A stretch of 62,000 nt of DNA, counting the filler, from Diploschistes diacapsis (lineage: Eukaryota), in NCBI GenBank assembly GCA_023645945.1. It is 14 parts of 14 records of this genome, joined end to end, with 100 filler letters (N's around TTAATTAATTAA, not from the genome) between each part and the next. Parts side by side here need not be neighbours in the genome. Positions count along the whole stretch, not along the records: positions 11,327 to 14,049 come from JALAIB010002098.1; positions 14,150 to 16,868 come from JALAIB010002099.1; positions 16,969 to 42,361 come from JALAIB010000210.1; 11 more parts are not named here. One strand, written 5' to 3'. Position 1 is the first letter of the stretch. Every line of letters starts with the position of its first letter. Positions 11,327 through 25,399 of this stretch are shown here, one piece after another. Below the pieces are notes generated by a model that searched no databases, was not told where the DNA came from, and was given only the letters and a program-made list of their open reading frames with translations. Made by a program: the position numbers and the translations under genes.

Positions 11327-14049
11327 ATCTTGAACCGGTCGAGCATCTTTTTAACGTAAGCTTTTTAATCGAGGTTCAGCTGAATTATTCCCTGGCGTTA
11401 TCGCTAAACTCTTATTTCTAAAATCTTTTTAATCTCTTCTAGATTCTTGATCTTATAGCGTTCAGCGAGGATTTTCTTAAACTAATTCACGTCTCGTAAT
11501 TTAAATACTATTACGATAATATCGTCGACGTATAAATTAATCAATAGCTTTCGATCTTATAAAATAAAAACATAAAGATCGGCGTCGCATCTTTTAAATC
11601 CTAAATTCAGAATTATATTATCGTATTTCTCGTACCAGTCTTTTACTGCCTACTTTAATCCGTATAAGCTCTTATTAATTTTCAAGATAATATTCCTAGA
11701 GACGCTATATCCTTTAAATAACGTTATATAGATCTAATACGTTAATGACGTTTTCGTAAACGCGTTATTAACGTTTATTTAATAATATTCTAGATCTTTT
11801 ACTGCGATGACCGTTAATAGGATGCGTAGAGAATCCGCTCGAATAATAAGAACAAATATCTCGTTAAAGTCGATTCTTTTTTACTGCGAGAACCTTTTTA
11901 CAATTAATCTAGCTTTAAATCTCTTAATGTCGTCATTGAGATTATATTTCACGTCGAATATTTATCTTAAGTTTACTATGTTGGTATTTTTTGGTTCAGG
12001 TAGTTCAGTCTAGGTCTAGTTTAGAAGTAAGGAATCGATTTCTTTTTTTATTGTTTTTTTTTATTCTTTTCTAACGATTGGGTTATTAACGGCATTTCTA
12101 TAGATCTTTGGAATGATGATTCGAGATAATCTTGGTTTAACGTCGCTGGTTATTTTCTGCTTGCTGGCGACTAGTGCGATATGGCTCCTTAAGGTTTTAA
12201 TCGATAAGTATCCTTTATTGTCCCGTTCTCGTTTGTTAATAACAGGGGTCGTGTTAAACAGCTTTTTGTCTTAATGCGTAATTATTGTTATTGATACATT
12301 ATTCACGTTTATCTTGGTTGATTTAGGTTCAGAGTCGAGTTTAGGTTTAATGTTTTTTTTTAGAATTTTTACTCGTAAGAACTTTTTGACTGAAGTATCG
12401 GCTCCTAAGGTGCTATGATCTGCAACCGATTTAAATGATTTAGTATCTTCTGTCTGGCTTTTTGGAGTATAGGTTTTTAGGGTGTTATATTTTACCGCTG
12501 GTTTAGATGGTTTAGTATATTCGTTTTAAATTCCTTATTTTTGCATTATTGATGCCCTATTATCGTCCGTGGTTGACGTATTATTGCCGTTTGTTATTGA
12601 CGAGGTATTTATTCCTTTAATATTATATACTGGGTTAGCGGTTGGTCGTCCTATTAGCTTTCGGATAAGTATTACGTTATCGCTTTTTTTATAGTTTTCG
12701 GGAAGTTTCAACTTTTAAAGAATAAATGTTTTATTTTCTTTAAATCTGACCGAGCTCGTTCTAATTATTTTTTAAAGATCTGGTATTTAGATCTTATATT
12801 GTTTATCGGTGTCGATATATTTAATTAATATATAGAACCTTGTTCTGTCTATTAGCTTATTTTGTCGTTTAAGTAGTAATTTTGGATTTATGTAGCTATA
12901 GTATCTTAATCTTTAGACGCGGAAGTGGTTTATTGACGGCTTTTTTTCTGTTTAATATTCCTTAAGTATTATAATTGAATCGTTTAATTCAGGTTTAGTT
13001 ATGATTATATTTTTAATATAACATTAAGCTATCGTTATATAATTTTAAAAGACGTATCCTTGTTTCGTTTTCTTTAATATGGCTCGGATATTTATTTTAA
13101 TAATTTATATAGATTTTTTTATAGTTTTATTTTGACTTAATATATAGGATATTATAGATTCTAATTAAATTCTTAAATTTCTCCTTTAATTTTTAATGGT
13201 GGATATTAGTTCAGATATATTGTCGAGACGTATTGCTTTAAGTTGTCTATTATTTTAGAGTTTTACGTTCATTTTCTAGTGTTGTATAATGCGAACGGCT
13301 TCTTTTCGGGTTTTGTATGGGATAGTTTAGGTCCTACGCGAGTAGTTATCTACGATTTTTATGAAGTATTGGTTGTTTTTAATGGATTTTAGAAATGGAC
13401 CGCAGATGTCGATGTTTATTAGGTCTAGTAAATTATGCTTATATTTAACGAGTGTATGGTTTATTTACTGCCTAGCTTTGGTCAGCTGGCATATCTTACA
13501 GGTATGTGGTATAACTCGGATCGGATTAATAAGCGTTGTTATTTTATAGAGATATTAAAGCCTTTTAGGTTTTATATGGGCAATACGTGCATGCTATAGT
13601 TAATAACTGGTTTTGTTTAATTGAATTTTTAGGTTCAGTTTAGGTTCAGTTATTTTTGTTAAGTACGCTTTTGCAGCATATGTATGTTCTTTTTTGGCAA
13701 TTTTGCTTGTGTAATAACTTCTATTCTTCTTTTTGTACGTAAGAATGATCCGTTCTTCGTTATTATGTAAATATAAGCCATCTTGATCAAAACTTTCCCG
13801 GAAGTTTACTTTATATAACTTTTATTTCGATATACGGTTCGCTTTTAATCCTAAAATATACATAATATATCTTAAATATAAAATATTATTACTATATTTC
13901 ACCCTAATCATCTCAGCGTAGTCTAAATATAGTATTCTTCCCCCGATTTTGATTCGTCGTCTTTAAATAGAAGTCAATTTTCTAAACAGATGCAGCTGAT
14001 TAGTCATGTAAAGGATGAAATGCAGTAGTGTGATAGTAATGGTTATAGT
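11327..14049 (-). mobile_element. RIP-degraded Ty1/Copia pol (GAG-pre-integrase, integrase, RT)
   Basis: Minus strand: L*HARIAHI, CKICQLTKA, INIDICGPF, LYGLK*AVKDWY, NLYVDDI, in Copia domain order. Confidence 0.93.
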
Positions 14050-14149
14050 NNNNNNNNNNNNNNNNNNNNNNNNNNNNNNNNNNNNNNNNNNNNTTAATTA
14101 ATTAANNNNNNNNNNNNNNNNNNNNNNNNNNNNNNNNNNNNNNNNNNNN

Positions 14150-15920
14150 TAGGTTAAATTGTTATTATAAGCCGAATACTATCTTAATAATAAATATAAA
14201 GAAATCAAGAAAATTTAAAATATATAATTATTAAATAACGAGATATTGAATGATGTTAGGAGACTTAGAGTCTTAAGGAAGAATCCTTAACTAAAAAAGG
14301 AGGATAAGGTCTACTTATATATAAATAATTTTAGAATACGCAAACCCTTTAAAAAGTTAGATCACGTTAAAATCGGACTCTTTTTTATCGATAAACAACC
14401 CGTTATACCGGACGAAATCAAGCGAGTCAGTTATCGACTTAAGTTATTAAAAGATGTTAAAGTATATTTAATGTTTTATTTTAGATATCTCGAATTAATA
14501 TATCTAGATATATCTTTATAAAAAACCTTTTACTTTGAATTAAATAACGAGAACGAGTACGAAGTCGAAGCAGTCGTGTATTGTAAAGATAACAAGTATT
14601 TGGTTAAGTGGAAAGGATATCTAGAGTCAGACATGACATGGGAGCCTAAGGAAAACCTAGGGAATTGTAAGGGAAAGTTAATAAAGTTTTATAAAGTCAA
14701 TGGATCTTCTATAAAGGATAACTGAGACTAGGGTTGGAAAGTTTAGAATATTTACGTACACTTGATTTAATTCGAAGAAGCAGCGGCTCCCTCTTGCGAA
14801 GGAGATACTGAAAGTTTACCGGGTCAAATAGAATGTTCTAGCTTGCATCCGTATTTTTAGGAACTTTAATAGTAGGTTAGGGACCGAATAATTCTGCTTA
14901 AAAATCCGTCGATGCGAGAGTATCTTTTGTTAACAGATTTTCGTTATTATCCTTTAGTTGTTAAGTAAGGTAACGAGTTTTCGTGATCGTTTCCTTCTGC
15001 GTTAATTTCTGAACCTTACGTTCTCTATCAATTCTTATTTGTATCTCAGAAAGTTCTTTAAATTTCTAATCGCGATCCCGTTTTAAAGACAACAATTTCG
15101 CAGCTTATTAATTACGGATCTTGTCCAACGAAAATTACGAGCGAAAGGAATAAGGCCTCTTTAAACGGATATATTTAAAATATTTATTAGAACCAACGTT
15201 AATATTAAAAGGAATTATGAAATAAAAATGATCGGAAATTAGATAAGAATTATAGACTATCTTAGGGAAGTATCGAAGGGATTTAATTTCGTCGGCGAGA
15301 CGGAAACGTTCCTTTCTTCTATTGCAGTGTGTGACTTTACGTTGACGACGAGTTGAAGAATCCATTGTCGAGAAACGGGAGGGAGATTAATTTTATTTAT
15401 ATAATTAGACCTTTCGGTTTATTGTCGGGCCGATAATTCCGAAGAAAGGGGATAGTATTACGATCTAAATTATTAACCTATCACGTCCCAGCCATTTATT
15501 AAGGAATATTTATTGACGTTCGGGTCACGTGAGTTGTTAGAACGAGCGGCGCCGCTCTATACGTTCTATGAAAGCAATAGGCAGCGCTTCTTCTGTTTTA
15601 TAGGAGCCATCGCCGGCGCTTTTTTCGTTTTAATAAAATATAAGGAGCTGATACTGGTGCTTTATAAAAGATTTAGATATATAATCTTTCTTTTAAATAT
15701 ATCTTTATTCGGTATATTCACTTTTATAAATATTCTTAATTATTATTCGGGATTAATTTATATTCATTATTTTTATTATTAAAGAGCTTTCTTTTTAGAA
15801 ATAATCTAAGATCTATAATTATTCTATCTTTTTCTCTTACTTGCACTTTTCTTCTAAACGAGACTAAACCTACCTTGATCAATACCTCGTGTCTACATTA
15901 TAGAAATAGAGATCATAACA
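14150..15920 (+). mobile_element. RIP-degraded chromovirus family A-related 3' part with chromodomain, antisense ORF, PPT and LTR 15456-15920
   Basis: ENEYEVEAVV...YLVKWKGY.ESDMTWEPKENLGNC chromodomain; GAAGAAAGGGGATAG PPT; LTR TATTACGATC...GATCATAACA homologous to 748-1201. Confidence 0.9.
14720..15365 (-). pseudogene. Antisense accessory ORF (Zn2Cys6-like plus coiled coil), RIP-inactivated
   Basis: ATG at 15365. Six TAT codons at 15150-15254 are spaced Y-x2-Y-x6-Y-x13-Y-x2-Y-x6-Y, which becomes a binuclear zinc cluster if TAT derives from TGT. 3' end approximate. Confidence 0.65.
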
Positions 15921-16163
15921 TTCGAACGGTCGTTGATTTTTACGTGTTTTATTAGGTTTAAGGAACTAATATTATCGCCGAATAAATTAATAATATATAA
16001 AGATAATCTTATAAGATCAGAATAATTAATATTTTTTAAAAATATTGAGCATTATAAGGCTTATTTGGCGGCGTGAGATAAATTAATATATTTAATTTTT
16101 ATAATTGACGTTAAAACTAAGTTTTGTTTTTTGTTTATTTAGGACATTGATCCACCGTATAAC
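15921..16163 (-). mobile_element. Copia RNase H remnant between two LTR insertions
   Basis: KQNLVLTSIIKIKYINLSHAAK*A and LFGDNISSLNL...INDRS resemble the KQxxVAxSTxEAEY and DNxSA...RSKH motifs. Confidence 0.7.
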
Positions 16164-16868
16164 TGTAAGGCCAAGCAAGGAGCATGCCAAGAGTCGGACA
16201 AGCGGCACTCAGGGTCTTGGCTTGCGGGTACTTGAAGGGGGATTTTGCCCTTTTTACTCTCTCCTCTTCTTTAATAATTAGTTCTAGCATAAATCTACCC
16301 TACGTACAACCATCTTGTTATATTGTCGTATTTAATTTTTTTATAGTTCTAATTACTTTACCTTTCATAAGGACGACGATTCGACAAGATAACACGTTCT
16401 TCGTAACGTATACGTAAAGTAAACCCACGCAACTAAATTAAAATAAAAGAAAGTGAAAGAAGAAAAAGAAATAAACGATCTAGAATTATTTTACTTAATA
16501 AAAAGGATTTAGATCATACCGAGCAATAAGAATAAAACTCGTAGTCTAAAGATAAAGCATTAGTAGGCGAATCGTTAAAGCAAAAAGATAATTTCGAATC
16601 TATATTAAAGGATATATTAAAAACAGTAAAAAACATACAATTAAAAATAAAATAAGATATAAAGTTTAAAGAAAATTAAATAATAAAAGCGAGAAAAGAT
16701 ACCGTCGTCGAGAAAATAAAAAGAATTGTTATTAAAACAGTATTAACAGCCGAGATAAGGTATAAGGGATAATTAAATTAAGATCATCTAAATACCATAA
16801 ATAGCTACCGCGATATTAAATTAAATAAATTATTACTTTTCTATAGAAAAATTGTTCAGGAATATAAT
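16164..16868 (+). mobile_element. LTR (16164-16367) and RIP-degraded downstream gag-like region
   Basis: TGTAAGG...CCTTTCA imperfect terminal inverted repeat, followed by AT-rich degenerate coding-like sequence. Confidence 0.5.
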
Positions 16869-17099
16869 NNNNNNNNNNNNNNNNNNNNNNNNNNNNNNNN
16901 NNNNNNNNNNNNTTAATTAATTAANNNNNNNNNNNNNNNNNNNNNNNNNNNNNNNNNNNNNNNNNNNNAGATGGGAAAGAGGGGAGATGGGGGAAAGAGG
17001 AGCAGTTGGTTGGACCCACAGCTGCACCCCGGCATATTACAGCTGATCTGAGACAAACAGTTAAGTCCGTGCATAACATAATTATGCAAGTTTAATGAC

Positions 17100-17791
17100 T
17101 TCACATCGCCTCCGCCAAGAACTTAACGAACTCTGTCTGGGAAGCAAGTCTCCACAGCGAAACCTTGATTAGGGATATCACAAAGAGCTTCGACGTCGAA
17201 CGTAAGATACTAGAGAAGTTGGGGGAGCATCCAAGGATTGTGAAGTCCGCCCCACAGATTATTTGCATGATGATGCTGAACTGAAACACGTCATTAGGTA
17301 CCTTGGAGAAGCTTATCCTCCTCTCACTGGGCTTCTTCTCGCCGAGGCTAATCAAGGTAATCTGCAGGACTACATCGAGAACAATAGAATCATTGAGCTA
17401 TCTCTGCGAAAGAAGTGGTGTCGACAAGCTGCTGAGGCGATTGATTATATCCATGCGCACGGCGTGATACATTCCGATCTTCGTCCTGGGAACTTCCTTG
17501 TCCATGCAACGTCCCAACATCAAAAGAGCTATGGCTGTGCGACTTTGGGGGCTCTATGTGTAAAGAGTTAAATCTGGACGGAGGACATTTACCAGACAGA
17601 TCATCTGCTCCCTTCCCATCGATGGAGGAGATGGATGAATAAGGCGAAATGGTGAACAAGTGCTTCGAAGAGCGCCATTTTCCGAACACGCAAAGCATAC
17701 TGGAGGCCATGTCATCCACGGCTGCTGGACAAAGCAATATGCTACAATGAAAGAAGTCGTTACGGCTCTTGAAAAGACATTCCTGGCATGA
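17100..17791 (+). pseudogene. Protein kinase pseudogene
   Basis: FDVERKILEKLGEHPRIVK / YLG...LLLAEANQGNLQDYI / IHSDLRPGNFLV. WLCDFGGS follows in another frame, then stops and an apparent internal deletion. Confidence 0.8.
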
Positions 17792-20700
17792 GCGAGATCA
17801 TTACGCAGCTCAGATAGAAGAATGATATTTATCTCAGTCCTGAGAATCTTCCGTTCCTCAACATGACATCCTTCAAGGTGCCTTATCTATAAGTTAGAGC
17901 TATCAGCGATATTATGACCGATTAAGTATTTACCTTGAGTCTACGGATTTCGACAGTTAACCTTGCCACATCTCTCGAAATGTACATCTTGTATCTCAAT
18001 ATCGCCCCACCGATAGAATTTTTGGAGACCATTTTCTTACACATGCTTGCTCCTTTAAAGCCAATCCAACAGGCTGTATCTTGAGGATATGCCTACTGTA
18101 CTAGAGAAGGCTTTTGGTGAAGTAATTCAGTATTGGCTTTGACAGTGGGCAGTGTATAGATGATGGACATAATAGGCAACATTTTCTGCCTACGTTACCT
18201 CCCTCTACCACATGACGCCACCGGCCCTTATGTTCACCCGCGGGGTATGCGGTACGCGGAATCACATGACCAAATAGACGGGATATCTACGAAATTGAAT
18301 CATCTACGTTTCCAAATTATCCGTGTCAACCGTGTATTCGTTATCATATAACAAGCCGGGACATCGAAGACAAGACCTTCGGATTCCAGACGCACGAGAT
18401 CTAGTAACGTTAATAGTGTATCAGAACGACGCTACCCTAGCTACTCAGAACGCCCAAATACATGGGAAAACTTTGGTCTTTACCCAACATAATGCTCCGA
18501 TATAAATACCGCACAAAAGCCCCTAACACATAGGGATCTAAGATAGGCCTCAATTGCATTGATCTTACTATAAGACCTTACATTAACATATTATTATAAA
18601 TAACTCTTAATGTAAGCGAACTCTCCTAAACCGATCCATAATCATAGTGCTACCATTTTGTTCTTTACGTGGCTCTATGCAATACAGTGCTTTTCCTCTT
18701 GGGTATTGATGAGTTGTTATGTTGATACATAAAATTCTGGTTGTTCCTTGCACTGCCTAAAGCTAACAATATGGATGTAAGTGAGTGAACGTTCTTATTC
18801 GAGAAAATCCTGTCCTATATTGGTAGACGTGCATTCTGTCCTAGAGAATTCCAGAGATATCGCGCCTGAGCGTCGAGAGCTTTTAAACTTATCCTCCATT
18901 ATTCCTAACAGTGTTCATTTGCGACCCTTACTGTTACTCTCGAGGATGCCTATGCAAAAGCTCAATTGATGGCCTTTGCTCCCTAGAAAATGTTTTGTGC
19001 TAAAAGCATATTTTCTATCACCAGGGGTTCCGCTTCTGAGAAAGGAAGATGTAAGATGAATTCCCTGCCACGTAGTACAACCTGCTTATCTACTATTTTG
19101 CCACATAGTAACTCGTGCCATAGAAGCTACTATTAACACTACTATAGCATAGCGACATTTCCGACCCCGACAGCTTCCTATAACACTCGGTTCCCTCAAT
19201 CTACGCCTCAATCTACGCTTCAATCTACTTCTCCAGCCTTTATTGGACTTCAATACTTTCTTTGCCTATGATCCATACCCGCCAGCTCATGCTCCCATGC
19301 TATGCTCAAGTTCTGCATCATCTTATGATGACATAAGCTCACCCACTGCTCAGGTAATAACTTGCCTATCTATATAGCTGTCGCTTCTATGATCAAATCA
19401 CATGATAGTTATACCATTAGAATACCAAGCAGTATCCATCACCAAGAGACACAACTAAGCTGGCCTCCTATGCAGATATTGATCGAAGCCTGTTGAAATC
19501 TTTTTGAACCTGTCTTCCGAAGCAAACAGATCATGTGCAAAGCTGTGTACTTATTGCAACCCTGACTTGCTTCCACAAAGACTGGATCGTGAATTGATAA
19601 AACCGCCACTGAGAGCACTGGCCTACGCCATCCTGGTCATAGTAACGATACAGCACGACTCCTGCGTTCCATATCACAAGGTTCTTTGAGCTTTGGCGCG
19701 GGAAGTCCCAGGATAAGATGGCAGCCTAGATTGTATGTAAGACATACAGTGATAGAATGCTGTGCTAAGGTCGACTTCTTTTTCATTTTAGATCCCTTGA
19801 GTGATGCTTAAGTAGCCTAACAGTAGAAAGTTCGTGCTTGGAATTACTTTTCCGAAAATCGGCGGAAACCATGATGGTTTCCAAACTGTCACTTGCAAGG
19901 CGCTATCTTTTTCAATATCCCTACATCCCACTGCTCTTGGTAATAGCGTTTACCAGAATAAAGCAACAACTAAGTCCTTTTCTCTTTGGTCAGTTTATTC
20001 AAGGAACATTATTCTTCGCTTTTGTTATCCATCCAAGCGATCAGTTCTCTTGTAATGAACCAACTGCCTAAAGTAGGGGATGTCATCATGAAGTCTTAGA
20101 GAATCTGTGTAGTATTACTTAAGTACATAAGGTAATTGCACTAGACCTGAAACGTGGGCCCTCGGATATGATGCTCTTATAATTATCGGTATCCACTCCC
20201 TAAGCACCGGTTCTACCAGCTGTCGATGTTTCGCTGATATCTCTCGGACGCTAGAAAGCCATTATAAGGGGCCTTTCCAAGGTAGGGAGTCCGATTATAG
20301 ATGCTGTTTCCTGTGGTTTTTTTTGATCGGTCTTCGCGCCATCTCAAGTTCCTTGTTGCCTCTCTTCATTACCTTTGATCTCAAGTGCTGAAAGCTGCTC
20401 CTTTGCCACATGGAGTTCCAGGTTGTGGAAGTCGTCTCGATCCGGGGGGCACCGTCTTCTGGGCTGTAGAAAGACATATGCTGGGTCCCTGAGAGTAGCC
20501 ATTGGGACTACGGACAAAACCCAAGTCTGCTTGCGGTCGAGCACCCGAAGCCTAGAATTCTAAAACATCACAGTTATTAGCTCTCGTGACTCGAAGCCAG
20601 GACGGGTACGCAGAAGATCTCTGAAGCGATTGACCATAGTCCCGGGGTCGGCCACACAACATAATATTTCTTTCTAAGGCTGTTGAATCTGCGGCACCAT

Positions 20701-23249
20701 ATACTCTCTGTTTTTATTAGGCCTAGACCTGGGCCTTTCTGTACGCTTTCAATAGTGCTTCTCCTCGCAATATCGGTCGAGCTGTTTTCATTGTATCATG
20801 TAAGGCATGAGATCTTTGAGGCTATTGAATAATACCCGAGAAAATAATAAAGGGCTCGACGGTTTCCAATTCTCGCAGACCTAGGAGTCTTCATTCGTTC
20901 CATTTTGGTTTCCCCGAATTGTCTCCTAGATCCATCTGTCGTTGTTGAAGGGGGTGGGAATGCCTACCAGTTACAATGCACTGGGGAGTGTTTTTCTCTG
21001 AAATTGGTAAAGTTAAAACTGTCAGATCCAGCTGCCTAGATGTCTTTTTAAATTTCTGAACAATTGCCTGAATAGATGTATTCTAGTACTGCAAGAAATA
21101 TTTGTAATCTCATAGCTGAACCTGAGCTCTTCTTTCCACCATTTTAATAGGTAGCCCCCCTTCCAAATACGCGCCACAGATCTTTGTTCCAAAAGCAATA
21201 AGCCACCAGCTGCAAGACCAGGCCATACAATCTGCCATGCCCCAAAATGTGCTGGACATTCAGTTCGGTAGAATGGCGAACCTCTTCATAACCTCGAGAT
21301 TGGCTTGCCCTTGCACAACGTGGCAAAGACGATGCTACGATGAAACGCTCACAGAAAACAAGTCTTGACGGAAGTCGAACGGTAGGAATTCCTCAAGGTT
21401 GATTGAGTTCTGTGATGTTTCAAATGACAAAAATCGATCGTCGTAAGGAAAGAAACCCTTTAGATTATTACTAAAGCAAGATGTGGAGCATTAGTTGTTG
21501 AGAACGGAAGTGTCCTGTAATTCTTCTACAGAATTTGAAGTCACACTCCAAGTAGTGGACTCATATTCATTCCACACCAGAAGGTTTGAATGCCAAGGAG
21601 GCATATGAGACTATCCTCCTCGAATCAAAAAAAAAGGTTATTCCGAGGTTTTGAATCATTTCTCAGATGGGGGTTCTTTGCATGGTTAACGGATTCGGAC
21701 CAGTTCCCCATATATCAACAGACTTTACTTTTTATGGATGCATGAATGATTCCTGAAACACTCGAGCCTTGGATTAGACCAACATCAGCGCGGTATCGAA
21801 AGACAATGGAGTGAAATGCAGCCTGCAGGAGCCACGACCCAGTACAGCTTATTTTACCAACACAATGTTCACCATAATGAAGGCCAAGGGGCTCTCGAAT
21901 ATGTTTCTTTTCATTACTTAAGCTTCTCCTTCCTAAGCACTCGAGCACACATAGGGGTGATTGCAGAGGCCGTAGAGGTCGAGTCCTATGCACCTATAGA
22001 AAATTGTATTAGGAGCATATCTGGTGCATCCCGGCCTTGTATTAGTAGTGAACTTCTTGTAGTATATTATCCGCGTTTCGGTTGAAAGGTCCTATGAATT
22101 TGAGTTAAGTCTAAAGGAGAGTTAGTGGACAGTTTTATTAATTTAACCTAATAAGCTTATTTTGAGACCGTGGTTGCTGCATATGACTTCGCGAGGTAAA
22201 GATTCACCGGCCTGTAATGGTAATTGTACGTTGGGGATCGGGAATTGACTGTTCATTAATATCTTAATTTATATTTTATGCTGCAATAGTTTTGAGCCGA
22301 GGTATCTTAACTTAACGGATATTTGCCCTGAGCTCTCTTATATGGTTCATACGGGAGAAAGGGGGGGTGTAGGCAGGCTCCTTTCCGCTTGAGCTTCAAA
22401 TATGCCTGAAGGCCGTGAGTGCAGTCGTTCTTGTCGAACCTATTAAGCCATTCTTCTGTGTCTGGTTCATCTTGATCCTTACGCGCTTTGCAGTTCTTGA
22501 AGATAATCTGCCTGAGGTAAGATGTTTCTCAGCGGCTTCTTAGTTGAAGTACAGCCTAGCGTCCTTCCATAATTCTGATATTTTTATTTTGTGAGGTGTA
22601 TTTCTGGTGGATTTTTAGTCCCTTTTATCTCTTTAGTTGTTAGAGGAGTGCCTGATTGAATTCTAGTGTTGCTCGAACAAGTAGTAGGTATGGACAATAG
22701 TTTTGAACTATACATCGGGTTGATATTGGACGGGGAGCCTGGTAAGAATCAGCTTTGTTATATCTTGGTACACGCCGAGCATAGCTAGCAGGCTGGATAA
22801 TCCATATGCCTGGCAAGTCAGGGACAAGCTCTTGTCAGAGTTTTTATTCCTCAGACATTTATGCCCGCCGTATTCAGGGCTCTCGCTTCGACTTGAGACT
22901 CCATGGTAAGTTGTCGAAAGCGCCCAGTTATCCTTCACTCCGGTATTTACAGTTTTCGAGACACAGTCCCTATTCTCAAGACTCGATGTAGGCGCACGAC
23001 GATGCATGCTTGTAACACTTGAGATAGTCGCGCACAGATTGCGGCCTCATTAGACTAAAGGCCCATTGCGATTCAACGAAAAATTAGCCTGCCATTTTTT
23101 CTGCATCTGCTTGATCACATAAGTCAAAAGAAACAGAAATTGCTCCTCAGTCTTACTCATTCGCTAAGATAAAGAATCTAATTACTCATCAGAAGTCCCC
23201 AAGGATTTCTCGGTCCCAGTTAGCGTATTATTATTCCGCATAACAGAGG

Positions 23250-23990
23250 AGAGGGCTTGATTGAAGCCGCCTAGGTTGCGCATGCGTTGATGATATTTAT
23301 CTCCCTCTGCCGTATGTCGAAGAGGAGCGAGGTCCACTAGCCTGTTTCCTTTGAAGTCATTCTATATATCGGTCGTCCGGAATAAACTCCCTCGCTGTTC
23401 TGGCTCCTGCTAGTTACGACAGTCAAGATGTCTCGATTAGATATAGATTAACTTCCGAGGGAAGTTAAGACCTGGGTCGTGACGTTATCGGGGTGTAACG
23501 AGGGCGAGCCCCTGAAAGTTTCTTTAAGCTTCTTTATTAAAAGCCTTTTGTTCTTCCATCTGTGCAATGCTTTGCTGATGCCTTGTAAATCGGTATCCTA
23601 GTGGTATACCAGCCTGGCGGGCAGCGGTCGGAAGAACCTGTCGAACTCTTACCGCGATCTGTCCTTGCGCGAAGCGTCTTGATGTTAGGAGGTAAAAGCC
23701 CACCTATCCAGTACTGACAAGAGTATCCAGAAGCTTAGTTCATTATTCGGGTTTTGCAACACCCAGGGCGCCCTAAAATTGCCTAGGCGAGGTTTCTCCA
23801 AGTATATATGCGCCTCCCGGAGCTAATACTGACGTTGTCCATGGTTCGACTTGTTTTATATGACAAGCGAGAAGTGATAGTTCGCAAAGATTCCTGGATC
23901 CATCGCAAATAGGTTGTAAACGGGAAACAAAGACTACCTAGACAAATCATTCCATTTATATTCGCCTCTCGGGAGTAATGTGCTGTTGCC
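23250..23990 (-). pseudogene. Decayed ORF of unknown family
   Basis: One minus-strand frame reads as protein-like for over 200 codons (AMDPGIFANYHFSL...ELSFWILLSVLDRWAF...WTSLLFDIRQREINII), interrupted by TAA/TAG stops. Confidence 0.4.
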
Positions 23991-25399
23991 GAGTCCAACA
24001 GCCTATCACTACCGCCTTTTAGTTCTGAACTGAGCTCTGCAGCATCTGTAGATTAGGATTGGCTGATTGTTGGTTACTTGCGGGATGGCCAAAGCCCCTG
24101 ATGAGGTTTCTTTCCGTTTTGTTCGAGTAGGTATAAATATTAAAGCGTCACCTAGGGAGAAGACCTCTTCTAAGTCGGGGACAGCCATTCTCCCAGGTAT
24201 TTCACCTGGAAGTTGTTGAGCGAGCTTCACACGAATCGAGATGGCATTAGTTCGGTTTTGCCGAGCCATATATGGATGCTGTCAGAACTTCTTTCTTAGG
24301 GTCGATAGGAGTAGTAGAGGCACTCCTGCGCATAACAGCTGGTGTTGAATCTCCCTTGATTCTCTATTCTAGTATATATGGTGCATGATGTAGTTGTCAA
24401 GTTCACCACAATGTACCTATGTCGCTATCTGTCGGCTATCCTTCTTCTCCTCAAACGATATTCTTGTTCAGTCCTGTCCTTTCTGGTGGATTCGAAGTAC
24501 TTTCGATATATTTGCTGAGAAGGAGGTTCTGCACGGCACCGCAACGTGCTCCTCGCTTGATGTAGAGAGATGTTAAATCAGTGAATTAATCTCTCTGGCT
24601 TTATGCAATTGAGTCGGGAGCTATTGCGGAACTTCCTAGAGAAGCCGCCGAATGCGGTTTCCCTAGGTTCTGTTTAGAGCCACAACGCTGCGAACCTAAA
24701 CATCTTGTCTAGACCATGTTGTGAAAATCTCTAGACACCAGAGACATCGCAAGTGGTTTGTATCCTCCCCATTCGATAAAGGTTTCTCATAGTGAGTTCA
24801 CACATTAGATGCGGTACAGAATCAAAAAGTCAAAACACCTGCCTTTTTCTGAGTACTCGTACTCTTTTGCCAGATTCCTTAGAATGAACTTCTTTTTTAT
24901 TTCTGGAGGTACTTATGTTAGAGCGCTACTGATACTCCCAAAGATGAAGCAACCGGCCGCGCGTCTTGCATGTTAGAAGTTTCTAAGTTCGCGAATCAGA
25001 CCCTATGGGCGACTGTCATAGAAAAGGAGCAGCATGTTTATCAACCGCGATAGCTCTCAGTAGGATTCCACCAAGATTATGCTATGGTTATTGGTATCCG
25101 TTGCTTGGTGCGAGCCTATCCATATTCGGAGCTCAGCTGAGATACCATTCAGGCGTGGGTAGGTAGTTCCGCGCCCTAAATCGCTTTTATATATCGATCT
25201 TCGTAGCCAAGATGGGAGGCAACAAGTCCTTGGGTCGCTTGTCTTGTGTCTCAAATCGCCGGTTGAATCTGCAACAACAGGTTCCTGAGCGCAAGAGAGT
25301 GTGCAGTAAAAGCAGCTTTTTTTCATTACAGGACACGACAGTCTTTTGTATCCTCCAGCGATAGTTTCTTCCCTCATAGTCGGAGGACTATTCCTACGC

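Noticed and set aside
19480..19580. CAKLCTYCNP resembling a RecQ zinc-binding tail
   Set aside because: No helicase motifs nearby; too short to call.
23300..23360. Possible Ulp1-like protease motif (G*WTSLLFD)
   Set aside because: The catalytic His position is TAG, which does not derive from a His codon by RIP, and no QxxxxDCG motif was found.
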